Positions 1 to 9,104 of a stretch of 64,000 bases of DNA are shown here, one piece after another. Position 1 is the first letter of the stretch. Each line of letters opens with the position of its first letter. The notes under the pieces were generated by a model. It was not told the origin of the DNA. It did no database searches and saw only the letters and a list, made by a program, of their open reading frames with translations. A program made the position numbers and the translations under genes. The stretch comes from an uncultured Planctomycetaceae bacterium (GTDB taxonomy: Bacteria; Planctomycetota; Planctomycetia; Planctomycetales; Planctomycetaceae). The DNA lies in the NCBI GenBank assembly GCA_963976765.1, contig CAXBME010000021.1, positions 1 through 64,000 on the forward strand, written 5' to 3'.

Positions 1-623
1 GAGTTCATCAGCAGCACGTACACCGCGCCTTCACCGCTATCCGTGTTTTCGTCGCGCTCCGCGCCAACGGCGATGTCGGCCACGCCGTCGCCGTCCAGGT
101 CGCCCACACCCGCCACCGAACTACCGAAGCGGTCAGAACCGTCCAGCGAGCCGGCGGTCAGGCCGCCCAGGCCGTCGCTGATTTTCACCTGGCTCTTCAC
201 CGTGCCGTCCGAGTTCATCAGCAGCACGTACACCGCGCCTTCACCGCTATCCGTGTTTTCGTCGCTCCGCGCGCCGACGGCGATGTCGGCCACGCCGTCG
301 CCGTCCAGGTCGCCCACACCCGCCACCGAACTACCGAAATAGTCATAACCGTCCAGCGAGCCGGCGGTCAGGCCGCCCAGGCCGTCGCTGATCTTCACCT
401 GGCTCTTCACCGTGCCGTCCGAGTTCATCAGCAGCACGTACACCGCGCCTTCACCGCTATCCGTGTTTTCGTCGCGCTCCGCGCCAACGGCGATGTCGGC
501 CACGCCGTCGCCGTCCAGGTCGCCCACACCCGCCACCGAACTACCGAAGCGGTCAGAACCGTCCAGCGAGCCGGCGGTCAGGCCGCCCAGGCCGTCGCTG
601 ATTTTCACCTGGCTCTTCACCGT
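1..623 (-). repeat. Tandem 210-bp coding repeats (FG-GAP blades), about 3 copies visible
   Basis: 1-203 is identical to 421-623; 211-420 differs at a few clustered positions. Confidence 0.97.
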
Positions 624-1364
624 CCCGCCACTGGGTGAGGTGATCGCAAACGCGTAATCCTCGACTTCACCGTCCGTCGCCGCGCCGGTTGCCGTGGGAT
701 TGGCGACGAAGGCCGCGTCGGTGCTCAATCGGAACCGCGCGTACGTGGTCCCGGTGAAGCCGGTCGGGATCGCCGGGAACGTCAGCGTCAGCCGCGTGTC
801 CGTCAGGCCAGTGCTGACCGTGGCGGTCGCCCGCTCGGTCGCGTTGTCGAACACGCCGTCGTTGTTGTAGTCGATCCAGCCGGACAGCGTGGCCGTGCTG
901 CCGGTCGTGTTGGTCACCAGCAGCGTCACCGTCGGAGCCGCTCCGATTGTCCCCCGCAGATTGGTTGCCGGGCTCAGTACCCCGTCCTCGTCGTCCGGCA
1001 ACGCCCCATTCACGTCATCCGCATTCGCCGCCGCGTTCTGCAGCGTACCGCTGTCGCCATCGACCGAGTTGCCGAGAAACAGCGTCGTCTGCGTCACGTC
1101 GATGGTGTGGCTCGGCCCGCCGTTGGCCGCGATTGTTTCGTAGTCACCGGCACCGGTTCCCGCATTCGGATCCGGAGCATCACCGAAGTCGGCTGCCAGC
1201 AACGTACGGTCTTCCAGGTTCTCGGTAAACGGCGAAACGGCGAAGGGCTGGACCATGCTGCCGGGGCGGCGGTTATGGAAGTGTCGGTTCAGCCGATGGG
1301 ACGAGCGACGGCGCGTGGAGCGGATTCGCTGAGAGATCGACGACAGCCAGTGGAAGAGTTTCAT
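1..1364 (-). CDS. Large secreted surface protein (planctomycete LEDRTLL motif, GEVED domain, FG-GAP repeats); runs off the left edge
   Basis: Missing from the ORF track because it is truncated. Manual translation from ATG 1364 gives MKLFHWLSSISQRIRSTRRRSS...FTENLEDRTLLAADFGDAPDP...ATDGEVEDY, then 70-aa repeats DGTVKSQVKISDG...FGSSVAGVGDLDGDGVADIAVGA...GAVYVLLMNS. Confidence 0.92.
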   Translation of the reverse strand, partial: MKLFHWLSSISQRIRSTRRRSSHRLNRHFHNRRPGSMVQPFAVSPFTENLEDRTLLAADFGDAPDPNAGTGAGDYETIAANGGPSHTIDVTQTTLFLGNSVDGDSGTLQNAAANADDVNGALPDDEDGVLSPATNLRGTIGAAPTVTLLVTNTTGSTATLSGWIDYNNDGVFDNATERATATVSTGLTDTRLTLTFPAIPTGFTGTTYARFRLSTDAAFVANPTATGAATDGEVEDYAFAITSPSGGTVKSQVKISDGLGGLTAGSLDGSDRFGSSVAGVGDLDGDGVADIAVGAERDENTDSGEGAVYVLLMNSDGTVKSQVKISDGLGGLTAGSLDGYDYFGSSVAGVGDLDGDGVADIAVGARSDENTDSGEGAVYVLLMNSDGTVKSQVKISDGLGGLTAGSLDGSDRFGSSVAGVGDLDGDGVADIAVGAERDENTDSGEGAVYVLLMN

Positions 1365-1770
1365 GACGGGTGCCTTCGAGAAAATCGAATCTATATTGAA
1401 TAATCTGATAATGGAGCGATGAGCAGGCGATTGAGATGCCTCCGCTCTGAAAGTTCAGACGCTGGTTGACGGCAACCCTTCAACTCATCTCGTGCGGATG
1501 CTGGTCGAGATTGCCGGTCAGGTCGGGGAATGCGCGTGGATGTGGAAACCTGACGTGAACCTGGAATTTTGTGCCGCTTACACGAAGAACCATGCCTGAA
1601 GGGTGCGTATTTCGGCGATAATCGGCACAGATGGACGTCGATGGGGGTCTGGCTCGTTCTGATTGCGCTTTGTTCAAGTCACCCATTCGGTACGATGCAT
1701 CTGTGGATCCGTTGACGTGTCAACGAATTCAGAACCTGAATACTCAAACGACTTGCATGCCACTACGAAA

Positions 1771-2382
1771 ATGCAGAAGGACACCGTGGATCACACCAGC
1801 CTGAGTCTGATTGGACGTGCTCAAACAGGGTCCGGTAATGCGTGGAATCATCTGGCCACGCTGTATCGACCGTTGCTTGAACGGTGGCTGGCGCAACTCT
1901 CGGTGACTGACACCGATGCCGACGATGTCGTCCAGGAAGTCATGGCGACGATTCTGAAGGAACTCCCGAAGTTCCAGCACAACGGTCGACCGGGCGCGTT
2001 TCGATCATGGCTAAGGACGATCGCTGTCAATCAGGTGCGACTTGCCTGGCGGCAGAAGAAAATTCGACCGCAGCAGATCAGCGAGTCGGCCTTCGAAAAA
2101 ATGATGCGGGATCTGGAAGACCCCGGCAGCGATCTGACCAGAGTCTGGAATCAGCAGCACGACGAACACGTTGTTCTCCAGTTGCTTGGACAGGCGGCGA
2201 CCCGGTTCGGGGTCCAGACGTTGCAGTTATTCCGTCGGCAGGTTCTTGACGGTTTGACGGGCATCGAAGCCGCCAACGAAGCGGGCGTGGAAGTCGCTGT
2301 GGCCTATGCGGCGAAGTCGCGAGTCCTGAAATTTCTGCGCGAAGAAGCGGGAGAAGTCCTTGATGATTCAGGATTGTTCTGA
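1771..2382 (+). CDS. ECF-type RNA polymerase sigma-70 factor
   Basis: TSLSLIGRA..AWNHLATLYRPLL, DADDVVQEV, GAFRSWLRTIAVN and a region-4 helix YAAKSRVLKFLR. Start at ATG 1771 is my choice; the ORF extends to 1663. Confidence 0.92.
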   Translation: MQKDTVDHTSLSLIGRAQTGSGNAWNHLATLYRPLLERWLAQLSVTDTDADDVVQEVMATILKELPKFQHNGRPGAFRSWLRTIAVNQVRLAWRQKKIRPQQISESAFEKMMRDLEDPGSDLTRVWNQQHDEHVVLQLLGQAATRFGVQTLQLFRRQVLDGLTGIEAANEAGVEVAVAYAAKSRVLKFLREEAGEVLDDSGLF

Positions 2383-2472
2383 AAACGTGTCAGGTTTCTG
2401 ACGGCGGGCGCATTAACAGAAGATGATGAGCCAGGCTCGTCCGATAACCGGCAGCGAACTCTGGAAGGGCAC

Positions 2473-5400
2473 ATGAAACTTCGTGCTGTGCAGAAAACTG
2501 ACCAGGACTCTCCGGTCGGTCACCCAACTCAACAGCAACTGTGCGACTTTGCAACGGGCCGTTTGGACGACGACCTTGTTGACGGTGTCGCGCGGCATCT
2601 TTCGAGTTGTGCGCAGTGTCAGCAGGTTGTTGATGATCCATCTGGCGACGCCAGTCTGGTGGGTCGTCTCGCAGATATCGCGGCGCGCGTGCCTGAACAG
2701 GTCGACGGCATTCTCTCGCGATCTGAAGTTGAAACTCGACTGCCGGAGATCAACCTTCCCGACCTCAAACTCGTGAAGGAAATCGGTCGCGGGGGCATGG
2801 GCATCATTTATGAAGCTCAGCAGATTTCGCTGGGGCGGCGAGTTGCCATCAAGATTCTGTCGCCACATCTCGCGACCGGCCAGGCGGCAAAACGTCGCTT
2901 CGAACGCGAAGCGCGGGCGGTTGCGTCATTGCGTCACGCTAACATCGTGCCGGTGTTTACTGTCGGTCAGCATGCAGGCATCAGCTATTTCACCATGATG
3001 CTGATTGATGGCCAGAGTCTCGATCAGATCGTGCTTGACTGGCGACGGGATGCCTCAGGGACAGCCTTTGACAATGCGGAAACGTTCTCGATCGACGGAC
3101 TTGATACGGACGGTTCTCAAACCCGAGGCGAAAATGCCACACAGCCGGTGGCATCACTTTCGTCGCTCGGAATCCCGCATCCCGCAACGCCGGAACACGC
3201 GACGCTGGTGGCTCAACTTGGGATTCAGGCGGCGGATGCGCTCGAGTTTTCACACCAGGCAGGGATTCTTCATCGGGACATCAAACCATCGAACCTGATC
3301 CTCGATTCGAACCGAACCTTGTGGGTTACCGACTTCGGCCTGGCCAAAGCCGCCGAGCACGAAGATCTGACCGAGACCGGCGACGTGCTCGGCACTCTGA
3401 GGTACCTTGCGCCGGAATGTCTGCGCGGAGAATTCGACCGACAGAGCGATCTGTTTTCGCTGGGAGTGACCCTGTACGAACTGCTGGCAATGCAGTCGGC
3501 GCAGCCCTCCCGCGACCGTGGCAAACTGATCGAAAGAGTGTCGGAAGCGAGAATCGAACCGCTCGATAAAGTGGCTCCGCACGTTCCGGCCGATCTGCAA
3601 ACGGTCATCCAGAAAGCGATCCATCCGGAGCCGCTGCAACGATACCTGTCAGCAACAGAGTTTGCCGAAGACCTGCGCCGCTTCGTCATGGGCCAACCCG
3701 TTCGGGCGCGGCGTCCGACGCTCATTGATGGTGGCCGGCGCTGGCTTCGACGAAACCGGCTGGTGGCAGGTCTCAGTGGAGTGGTTCTTTTCTTCGCCGT
3801 GGCAGTCGTTGCTCTGTCGTTGCGGACCAGTCCCGTCAGTGCTGCCGTTCAATTCGTATCGAGCCAGCCGAACGTGCAACTGCGACTCGAATCTGCCGAC
3901 GGTGTGGTGACGATCGTGAATTCAAAATCTGGACAGGTAAGGCTGGTACCGGGTCGGTACTCATCCAGACTGATTGGCGGCCTTGGACTGCGAATCAGTC
4001 ACGACTCGTTTCAGTTAGCAGCCGACTCCATACAGACGCTGACCGTCGAAAAAGTCGACCCACTGACGCTGGTTGCACCGTTTACTTCTGACGAAATCGA
4101 GAAGGCGCGGTCGCTGCTTGCCGAGTCGCTCGGTCGAAAGGCGGTCGAAACGAATTCGCTCGGTATGGAGTTCTCGCTGATCCCTCGCGGCGAATGTGTG
4201 CTCGGTGATCCTCGCGCGCAGACTCAGATCGTGCAGATCACTCGCCCGTTTTTCATGGCACGGCATGAAGTCAACGTCGCACAGTTCCAACAGTTCGTCC
4301 AGGAGACCGGCTACAAGACTGTGGGCGAAAAACTGGGCACGTGGGGCATGACCGACGGTGTTTACGAACGCAACGACCGTGTGAATTGGCGCAGTCCCGG
4401 TTTCGAACAGACGGCCAATTTTCCCGCCACCGGTCTGGCGCATATCGATGCGCGTGCTTTCTGCCGGTGGCTGAGTAAACGCGAAAGCCGGACGTGCCGG
4501 TTGCCGACGACTGCCGAATGGGAATACGCCTGCCGTGCCGGGACAACAACCCGCTTTTACACCGGCGACACAATTACTCCGGCGCAGGCAAATCTGCGAT
4601 TTCCGGGAACCAGGAACCGGCTGACCGAAGTCGGCAGCTATCCGCCCAATCCGTTCGGCCTGTTTGATATGCACGGCAGCGCGATCGAAATGTGCAACGA
4701 TCCGCCTCGACGATACGTCCCCGAACCGGTGCAGAATCCCGGACGCTCGCTACATGGTACTGAGCCTCCGGTCGGTTCGGCTCGCGACGTCGCCTGGTGG
4801 GACGTGCCCGAAAATGCTGGTGCTTTTCCTCCACTTTCTCAAGATGCGAATTCCGCGGGAGTGGGAGGAATCATCGGCGAAAAGAATGCGAACTCCGCCG
4901 CCGTAGGGTTCGGGTTCCGGGTGCTTTGTGAGATCGCCCCGAAAGAAGGACCACTCGTTCCTCCCTCACCAGAAGATCAAGCTGAGGATGTCGCAAGCCG
5001 AGCCGTTATCCCGAACCCGGTCGAGCCCGGCATGAAGCAATGGCAAATTGCAGAAATTGTTAATGCGTGGAGTCGACGCCTTTCATCGCCTGCCGTTGGC
5101 AAAGACTCGTCGAACGCAACGCTCGTTCTGATTCCACCTGGTAACTTTCAGATGGGGCTCTCCGACGATCTGATCCTGCCTGATCGGCAGGCTTCCAGGA
5201 AACTCCGGCAGCACCCAGTTCGACTCACAAAACCATTTTACATCGGTCGTCACGAGATTACGGTCGGCCAGTATCGCCAGTTCGTCGATGAAACCGGTTA
5301 TGTACCATCGTCGGAACAGTTCGGTGCCATCGCGTTCGAGATGGCAGACGGAACCTTTCGTGAAAATCTAAAGATTCGCTGGAATCAGCCCGGCTATCCG

Positions 5401-6921
5401 TTGGCCGATGATCAGCCCGTTACCTGCGTCAATGCTATCGACGCCGAGACCTTCTGCCAGTGGCTCACCGCCAAAGAGCAGACGACATATCGTTTACCGA
5501 CGTGCGCCGAGTGGGAATATGTCTGCCGGGCGGCCACACAAACACCAACTCACTACGGAGACCGCGTCACGAACCGCCAGGGCCTGTACTGGAGCTTCAC
5601 AGCTCCGGCGAATCGCCCGGCCCAGGTTGGATCGTACCCTGCAAACGGGTTCGGCATCTGCGACATGCCAGGCAACGTTCGAGAATGGACGGCCGACTCA
5701 GCACTCGCCTATGAACCAGATGTCGCCGTGAACGATCCGTTTCAAAAGCCATCCGGTCCGAATGATCGCCGATGGGTCCGTGATGGCGGCTGGCTTTCAC
5801 ACTCTTTCCGACTGCATTCCCATTATGCAGCCCCTGAACCGGGAGCCAGCTTTCGGATCGTCGAACTGGGTTTCCGAGTCGTCCGGGAAATAGTCCCGTC
5901 GGAGACAGCTTCGCAGCCTGCAACGCTGCGTCCTGTTGCCATCGCAACGAACGATGAAGTTTCAACGCCGCCCGCCACCGAGACGTCGGCTTCGAATACA
6001 CCTGACGAATCAAGCCAACTTGATCACATCGTCACAGACTCACCGGACTGGTTGTCATCACCGTTCGGGCTAGCCGAGATTGAAGCCGCTCGTGGTCTGC
6101 TGTCAGATCGAGACGGCCTCGATCCGACGCTCTCGACTTCAGTCGGCATGAACCTGCAACTTGTACCGCCGGGCGATTTCGTAATGCGGGCGGAGAGTTC
6201 GATGAAGTTCCGCCTCTACGAAATCCCCCATCACCAGGTTCGAATGACAAAACCGTTTTACATCAGCGAGACGGAAGTCACCGTCGACCAATTTCGAAGA
6301 TTCGCTGCCGCATCAGGCTATCGATCTGCAGCTGAAGACGGTAAGGGTGAACTGAGTATCTGGAACTGGTCCGGCTGGGCAAATTCCGCTGATCGTTCCT
6401 GGCAATCACCGGGTTACGCGAACAAAGCAGAATTTCCTGTAACCTGCGTTACAACTCAGGATGCCGAAGCATTCTGCAACTGGCTCTCTCAGGTGGAAGG
6501 CCGACGATTCCGGTTGCCAACCGAAGCCGAATGGGAATACGCCTGCCGAGCCGGAACTGAAACCGATTTCCAATTCGGTAACCGACTGAATTCCAACCGG
6601 GCATACTTCGCACCCGTTGGCGATTCACCGCACGAACGACCCATTCCGGTCGGCAGTTTTGCTCCCAACGCATTCGGTCTGTTCGACATGCACGGCAATG
6701 TGTGGGAACTCTGTCACGACGGTCCGCGCATTTACGAATCGACCTCCGTCAGCGATCCGTCTGGCCCACACACCACTGCTGGCGGAATGCCACGCATCCT
6801 GCGAGGTGGCGGCTTCCGCTGGGTCTCAGATTACGCCTCTTCAAGTCACCATCGCGTCATCGCTGTAAAGCAGGCATGGCTCGACGCCGGCTTCCGAATC
6901 GTCAGCGAAATATCCGATTGA
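2473..6921 (+). CDS. Membrane Ser/Thr protein kinase with N-terminal zinc-binding anti-sigma-like motif and three FGE-sulfatase (CLec-fold) domains
   Basis: HLSSCAQC; IGRGGMG, VAIK, HRDIKPSN, DFG, GTLRYLAPE; TM LVAGLSGVVLFFAVAVVAL; three copies of RLPTxAEWEYxCRA...NxFGxxDM...GFR(V/I). Confidence 0.93.
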   Translation: MKLRAVQKTDQDSPVGHPTQQQLCDFATGRLDDDLVDGVARHLSSCAQCQQVVDDPSGDASLVGRLADIAARVPEQVDGILSRSEVETRLPEINLPDLKLVKEIGRGGMGIIYEAQQISLGRRVAIKILSPHLATGQAAKRRFEREARAVASLRHANIVPVFTVGQHAGISYFTMMLIDGQSLDQIVLDWRRDASGTAFDNAETFSIDGLDTDGSQTRGENATQPVASLSSLGIPHPATPEHATLVAQLGIQAADALEFSHQAGILHRDIKPSNLILDSNRTLWVTDFGLAKAAEHEDLTETGDVLGTLRYLAPECLRGEFDRQSDLFSLGVTLYELLAMQSAQPSRDRGKLIERVSEARIEPLDKVAPHVPADLQTVIQKAIHPEPLQRYLSATEFAEDLRRFVMGQPVRARRPTLIDGGRRWLRRNRLVAGLSGVVLFFAVAVVALSLRTSPVSAAVQFVSSQPNVQLRLESADGVVTIVNSKSGQVRLVPGRYSSRLIGGLGLRISHDSFQLAADSIQTLTVEKVDPLTLVAPFTSDEIEKARSLLAESLGRKAVETNSLGMEFSLIPRGECVLGDPRAQTQIVQITRPFFMARHEVNVAQFQQFVQETGYKTVGEKLGTWGMTDGVYERNDRVNWRSPGFEQTANFPATGLAHIDARAFCRWLSKRESRTCRLPTTAEWEYACRAGTTTRFYTGDTITPAQANLRFPGTRNRLTEVGSYPPNPFGLFDMHGSAIEMCNDPPRRYVPEPVQNPGRSLHGTEPPVGSARDVAWWDVPENAGAFPPLSQDANSAGVGGIIGEKNANSAAVGFGFRVLCEIAPKEGPLVPPSPEDQAEDVASRAVIPNPVEPGMKQWQIAEIVNAWSRRLSSPAVGKDSSNATLVLIPPGNFQMGLSDDLILPDRQASRKLRQHPVRLTKPFYIGRHEITVGQYRQFVDETGYVPSSEQFGAIAFEMADGTFRENLKIRWNQPGYPLADDQPVTCVNAIDAETFCQWLTAKEQTTYRLPTCAEWEYVCRAATQTPTHYGDRVTNRQGLYWSFTAPANRPAQVGSYPANGFGICDMPGNVREWTADSALAYEPDVAVNDPFQKPSGPNDRRWVRDGGWLSHSFRLHSHYAAPEPGASFRIVELGFRVVREIVPSETASQPATLRPVAIATNDEVSTPPATETSASNTPDESSQLDHIVTDSPDWLSSPFGLAEIEAARGLLSDRDGLDPTLSTSVGMNLQLVPPGDFVMRAESSMKFRLYEIPHHQVRMTKPFYISETEVTVDQFRRFAAASGYRSAAEDGKGELSIWNWSGWANSADRSWQSPGYANKAEFPVTCVTTQDAEAFCNWLSQVEGRRFRLPTEAEWEYACRAGTETDFQFGNRLNSNRAYFAPVGDSPHERPIPVGSFAPNAFGLFDMHGNVWELCHDGPRIYESTSVSDPSGPHTTAGGMPRILRGGGFRWVSDYASSSHHRVIAVKQAWLDAGFRIVSEISD

Positions 6922-7067
6922 CAACGACACATGATCTGCTCCCCCGAATTCTGGTCCGTTTTTGATGCTGGAATTCCGGTGAAAACCGGACGCTGGAAAT
7001 GGGGCAGATTGCATTTGCCTTGCATCACTATGAGTCGGGAACGACGGTTTCTGAGTCTGCCACATAA

Positions 7068-7340
7068 CGACTACGGAGACTCCGAGAACCTATGAAGGGG
7101 CATGTCAAACTGACTCTGGCCCAGGCTCAGATCAATCAGGCACAAGCACAGGCGCTCCGCGGGCCTCAGCTTTCCACGTAGTCGGCAGAGGCCTGGAGTA
7201 AAAATGTGTCTACCCGAGCGGCTTGTTCTTACATGCCCCCTGAACCCGGGCTCATTTTGTGGTCCCACCGACGCACGGACCCGGTAATAAACAATGAGAA
7301 TCGACGCTCATCTCGCTGCATCCGCAAGGAGACTCAGTCG
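7068..7340. ncRNA. Candidate structured RNA or non-coding element (unassigned)
   Basis: Nested stems: 7097-7105/7231-7239, 7142-7147/7221-7226, 7154-7158/7195-7199 and 7161-7167/7188-7194, with a closing stem 7068-7083/7328-7340. Confidence 0.35.
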
Positions 7341-7372
7341 ACTTAAGTGCGACAATTGAATTTTTCTATTCT

Positions 7373-7586
7373 GGCAGGCTGTGGCTCTTCTTCGGTTGCG
7401 GCGGAACCGAGTGTGGTGCTGGTTCCTTCGTCGTCAGTCGGACCAGTCGAGCGCGCGTGGCCCGGCGAAAGACGGCGCGCTGGGGCACGGCGAGTGAAAG
7501 CAAGGCTCGTGATGAGCCGGCCGTCCCGCCTCAGAAAAAGAAACGGGCCCAAGCAACCAAGTGCTGCAGATTCGTCGGCGCCTGCT
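7373..7586. ncRNA. Second candidate multi-hairpin RNA or repeat element (unassigned)
   Basis: Closing stem 7373-7379/7580-7586 enclosing hairpins 7392-7410, 7419-7446, 7450-7481 and 7487-7524. Confidence 0.3.
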
Positions 7587-7690
7587 TACTGAGTTATTCC
7601 GCCAGACAGAAACTTCCTGATTCACCGGCCCCTTGCCCGCCCCGAATTACCGGCGAGAAGTCAAGAACCACCTGAAGCCATCGTGTCGTA

Positions 7691-8680
7691 TTAAGACTGC
7701 TTCGCATCCAGTCGGGAGATATAGACATGCCCGTTGTAATGAGCAGTCGCGACTCGCAGACCGTCTGAGGCGAGGTCGAGATCACGAGCGGTGTCTTTCA
7801 GTTTGAACTGGTGAAACTCGTTGGCGTCTGCGGGCTTGAAGAAAAGCAAATACCCGCCGCTGTTTCCGCCTGAAATGCCGACCCTTGTCCCGTCGGCATG
7901 GAAGGCGATTCCCCAGGCGACGCCGGTCAGCTTAGCTTTGGTCAGGTGTTCGATCTGCTGTTTGCCGGTTTCCCAATCGAAGACAACGACCGATGGATTG
8001 CCGACGCCTGCAAACGCGTTAGTGACATTCGTGATGCCACTGCCGGCGAGGTACTTTCCATCCGGGCTGAAGGCCATTCCGCGGAAGCCACCGATCGTCG
8101 CGATAAACGTCTTGTCGTATTTCTGAAGAGACTCAGCCTGCCAGGTTCTGAGCTGCTTGCCTGAGGCAACATCCCAGTCAATGAGGTGGCACATCAGATC
8201 GCCTGTCACCAGGTGCTCGCCGTCGGGATGAAACGCGACGTTGTAAATGTGCGACTCGTGCCCGGACATTTCCCGGACGAGCTTTCCGTCCGCCATATTC
8301 CACAGGCGCACAATCAGGTCGTTGCCGACGGAAGCCAGCAACGTTGTGTCGGGACTGACGGCCACTGCTCGAATCCAGCCAGCGTGTGCCTCGACGGTTC
8401 TGACTGGTTTCGGCGTCTCGTCTGCAACCGGCCACCAGATCAGACGTCCGTCATAACCACCGGTGACGATCGTCGCGCCGCTCTTATCGAAGGCCATGCC
8501 TCGGACCCACGCGTCGACGCCGTCCAGTTTTGTTTTCGCACCAGACGCGATATCGAATCGCCAGACGCTGTAGTCCTCCGCTCCGGCAAAAACGAACCGT
8601 CCGGTTGGATCAAACCGGCAGGAGATCAACGGACGATCGTGAACGAGATCCTTCTCGATATGAGTCTGCGTGACGTCCAT
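7691..8680 (-). CDS. WD40-repeat beta-propeller protein
   Basis: Repeats such as HAGWIRAVAVSPD..LASVGND..VRLWN and GHESHIYNVAFHPDG...WD. ATG 8680 has an AGAGGA RBS. Confidence 0.92.
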   Translation of the reverse strand: MDVTQTHIEKDLVHDRPLISCRFDPTGRFVFAGAEDYSVWRFDIASGAKTKLDGVDAWVRGMAFDKSGATIVTGGYDGRLIWWPVADETPKPVRTVEAHAGWIRAVAVSPDTTLLASVGNDLIVRLWNMADGKLVREMSGHESHIYNVAFHPDGEHLVTGDLMCHLIDWDVASGKQLRTWQAESLQKYDKTFIATIGGFRGMAFSPDGKYLAGSGITNVTNAFAGVGNPSVVVFDWETGKQQIEHLTKAKLTGVAWGIAFHADGTRVGISGGNSGGYLLFFKPADANEFHQFKLKDTARDLDLASDGLRVATAHYNGHVYISRLDAKQS

Positions 8681-9104
8681 GGAACGTTCCTCTAACAATG
8701 CGAGCGACAGGCCAGCCACGTCGAAACGAACTTTTCACATTCAACCAGCATCTGGTTTGCCGTCAACCTTACCGCCGACCAGGCTGAAGCGCAAGCGAGC
8801 GAGTCTTCCGCGTCGCAATTCTCACTCTACGCCTGATACGTCGAATATCTGGCTCCCTGTTCCTATATTGAGGATCGGTCAACGGAACCTTCCTCCTGGA
8901 AGGATGAAAGAGACTTGCAGTTTTCACCGATGCAGATCCCACAGACGCAGTTCCGACAGACTCCGGGATCGTGGGGCGGAATTGAAAATCGAGATTGATA
9001 GCCGCGGTTGAACAGTTTTGTCGCGAGTGGATTGAGTTCCGATGAAGCATCCCGGCCTGGACCATCTTCTCGACGTCCATGACGAACTCTCAGAAAGATG
9101 ACAA

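Noticed and set aside
1..657. CRISPR array, or the + strand ORFs 43..342 and 412..657
   Set aside because: The repeats are 210-bp in-frame coding units without spacers, and the + strand ORFs are antisense shadows of the FG-GAP gene.
7071..7675. Short ORFs in the kinase-WD40 intergenic region
   Set aside because: No recognisable motifs or RBS, and they overlap on both strands.
2473..7690. Complete diversity-generating retroelement
   Set aside because: No reverse transcriptase, Avd or template repeat is visible in the window; only a remote-target possibility is kept.
7347..7690. Group II intron starting at GTGCG (7347)
   Set aside because: No domain V/VI motif or intron-encoded protein follows, and a 5-mer is expected by chance.
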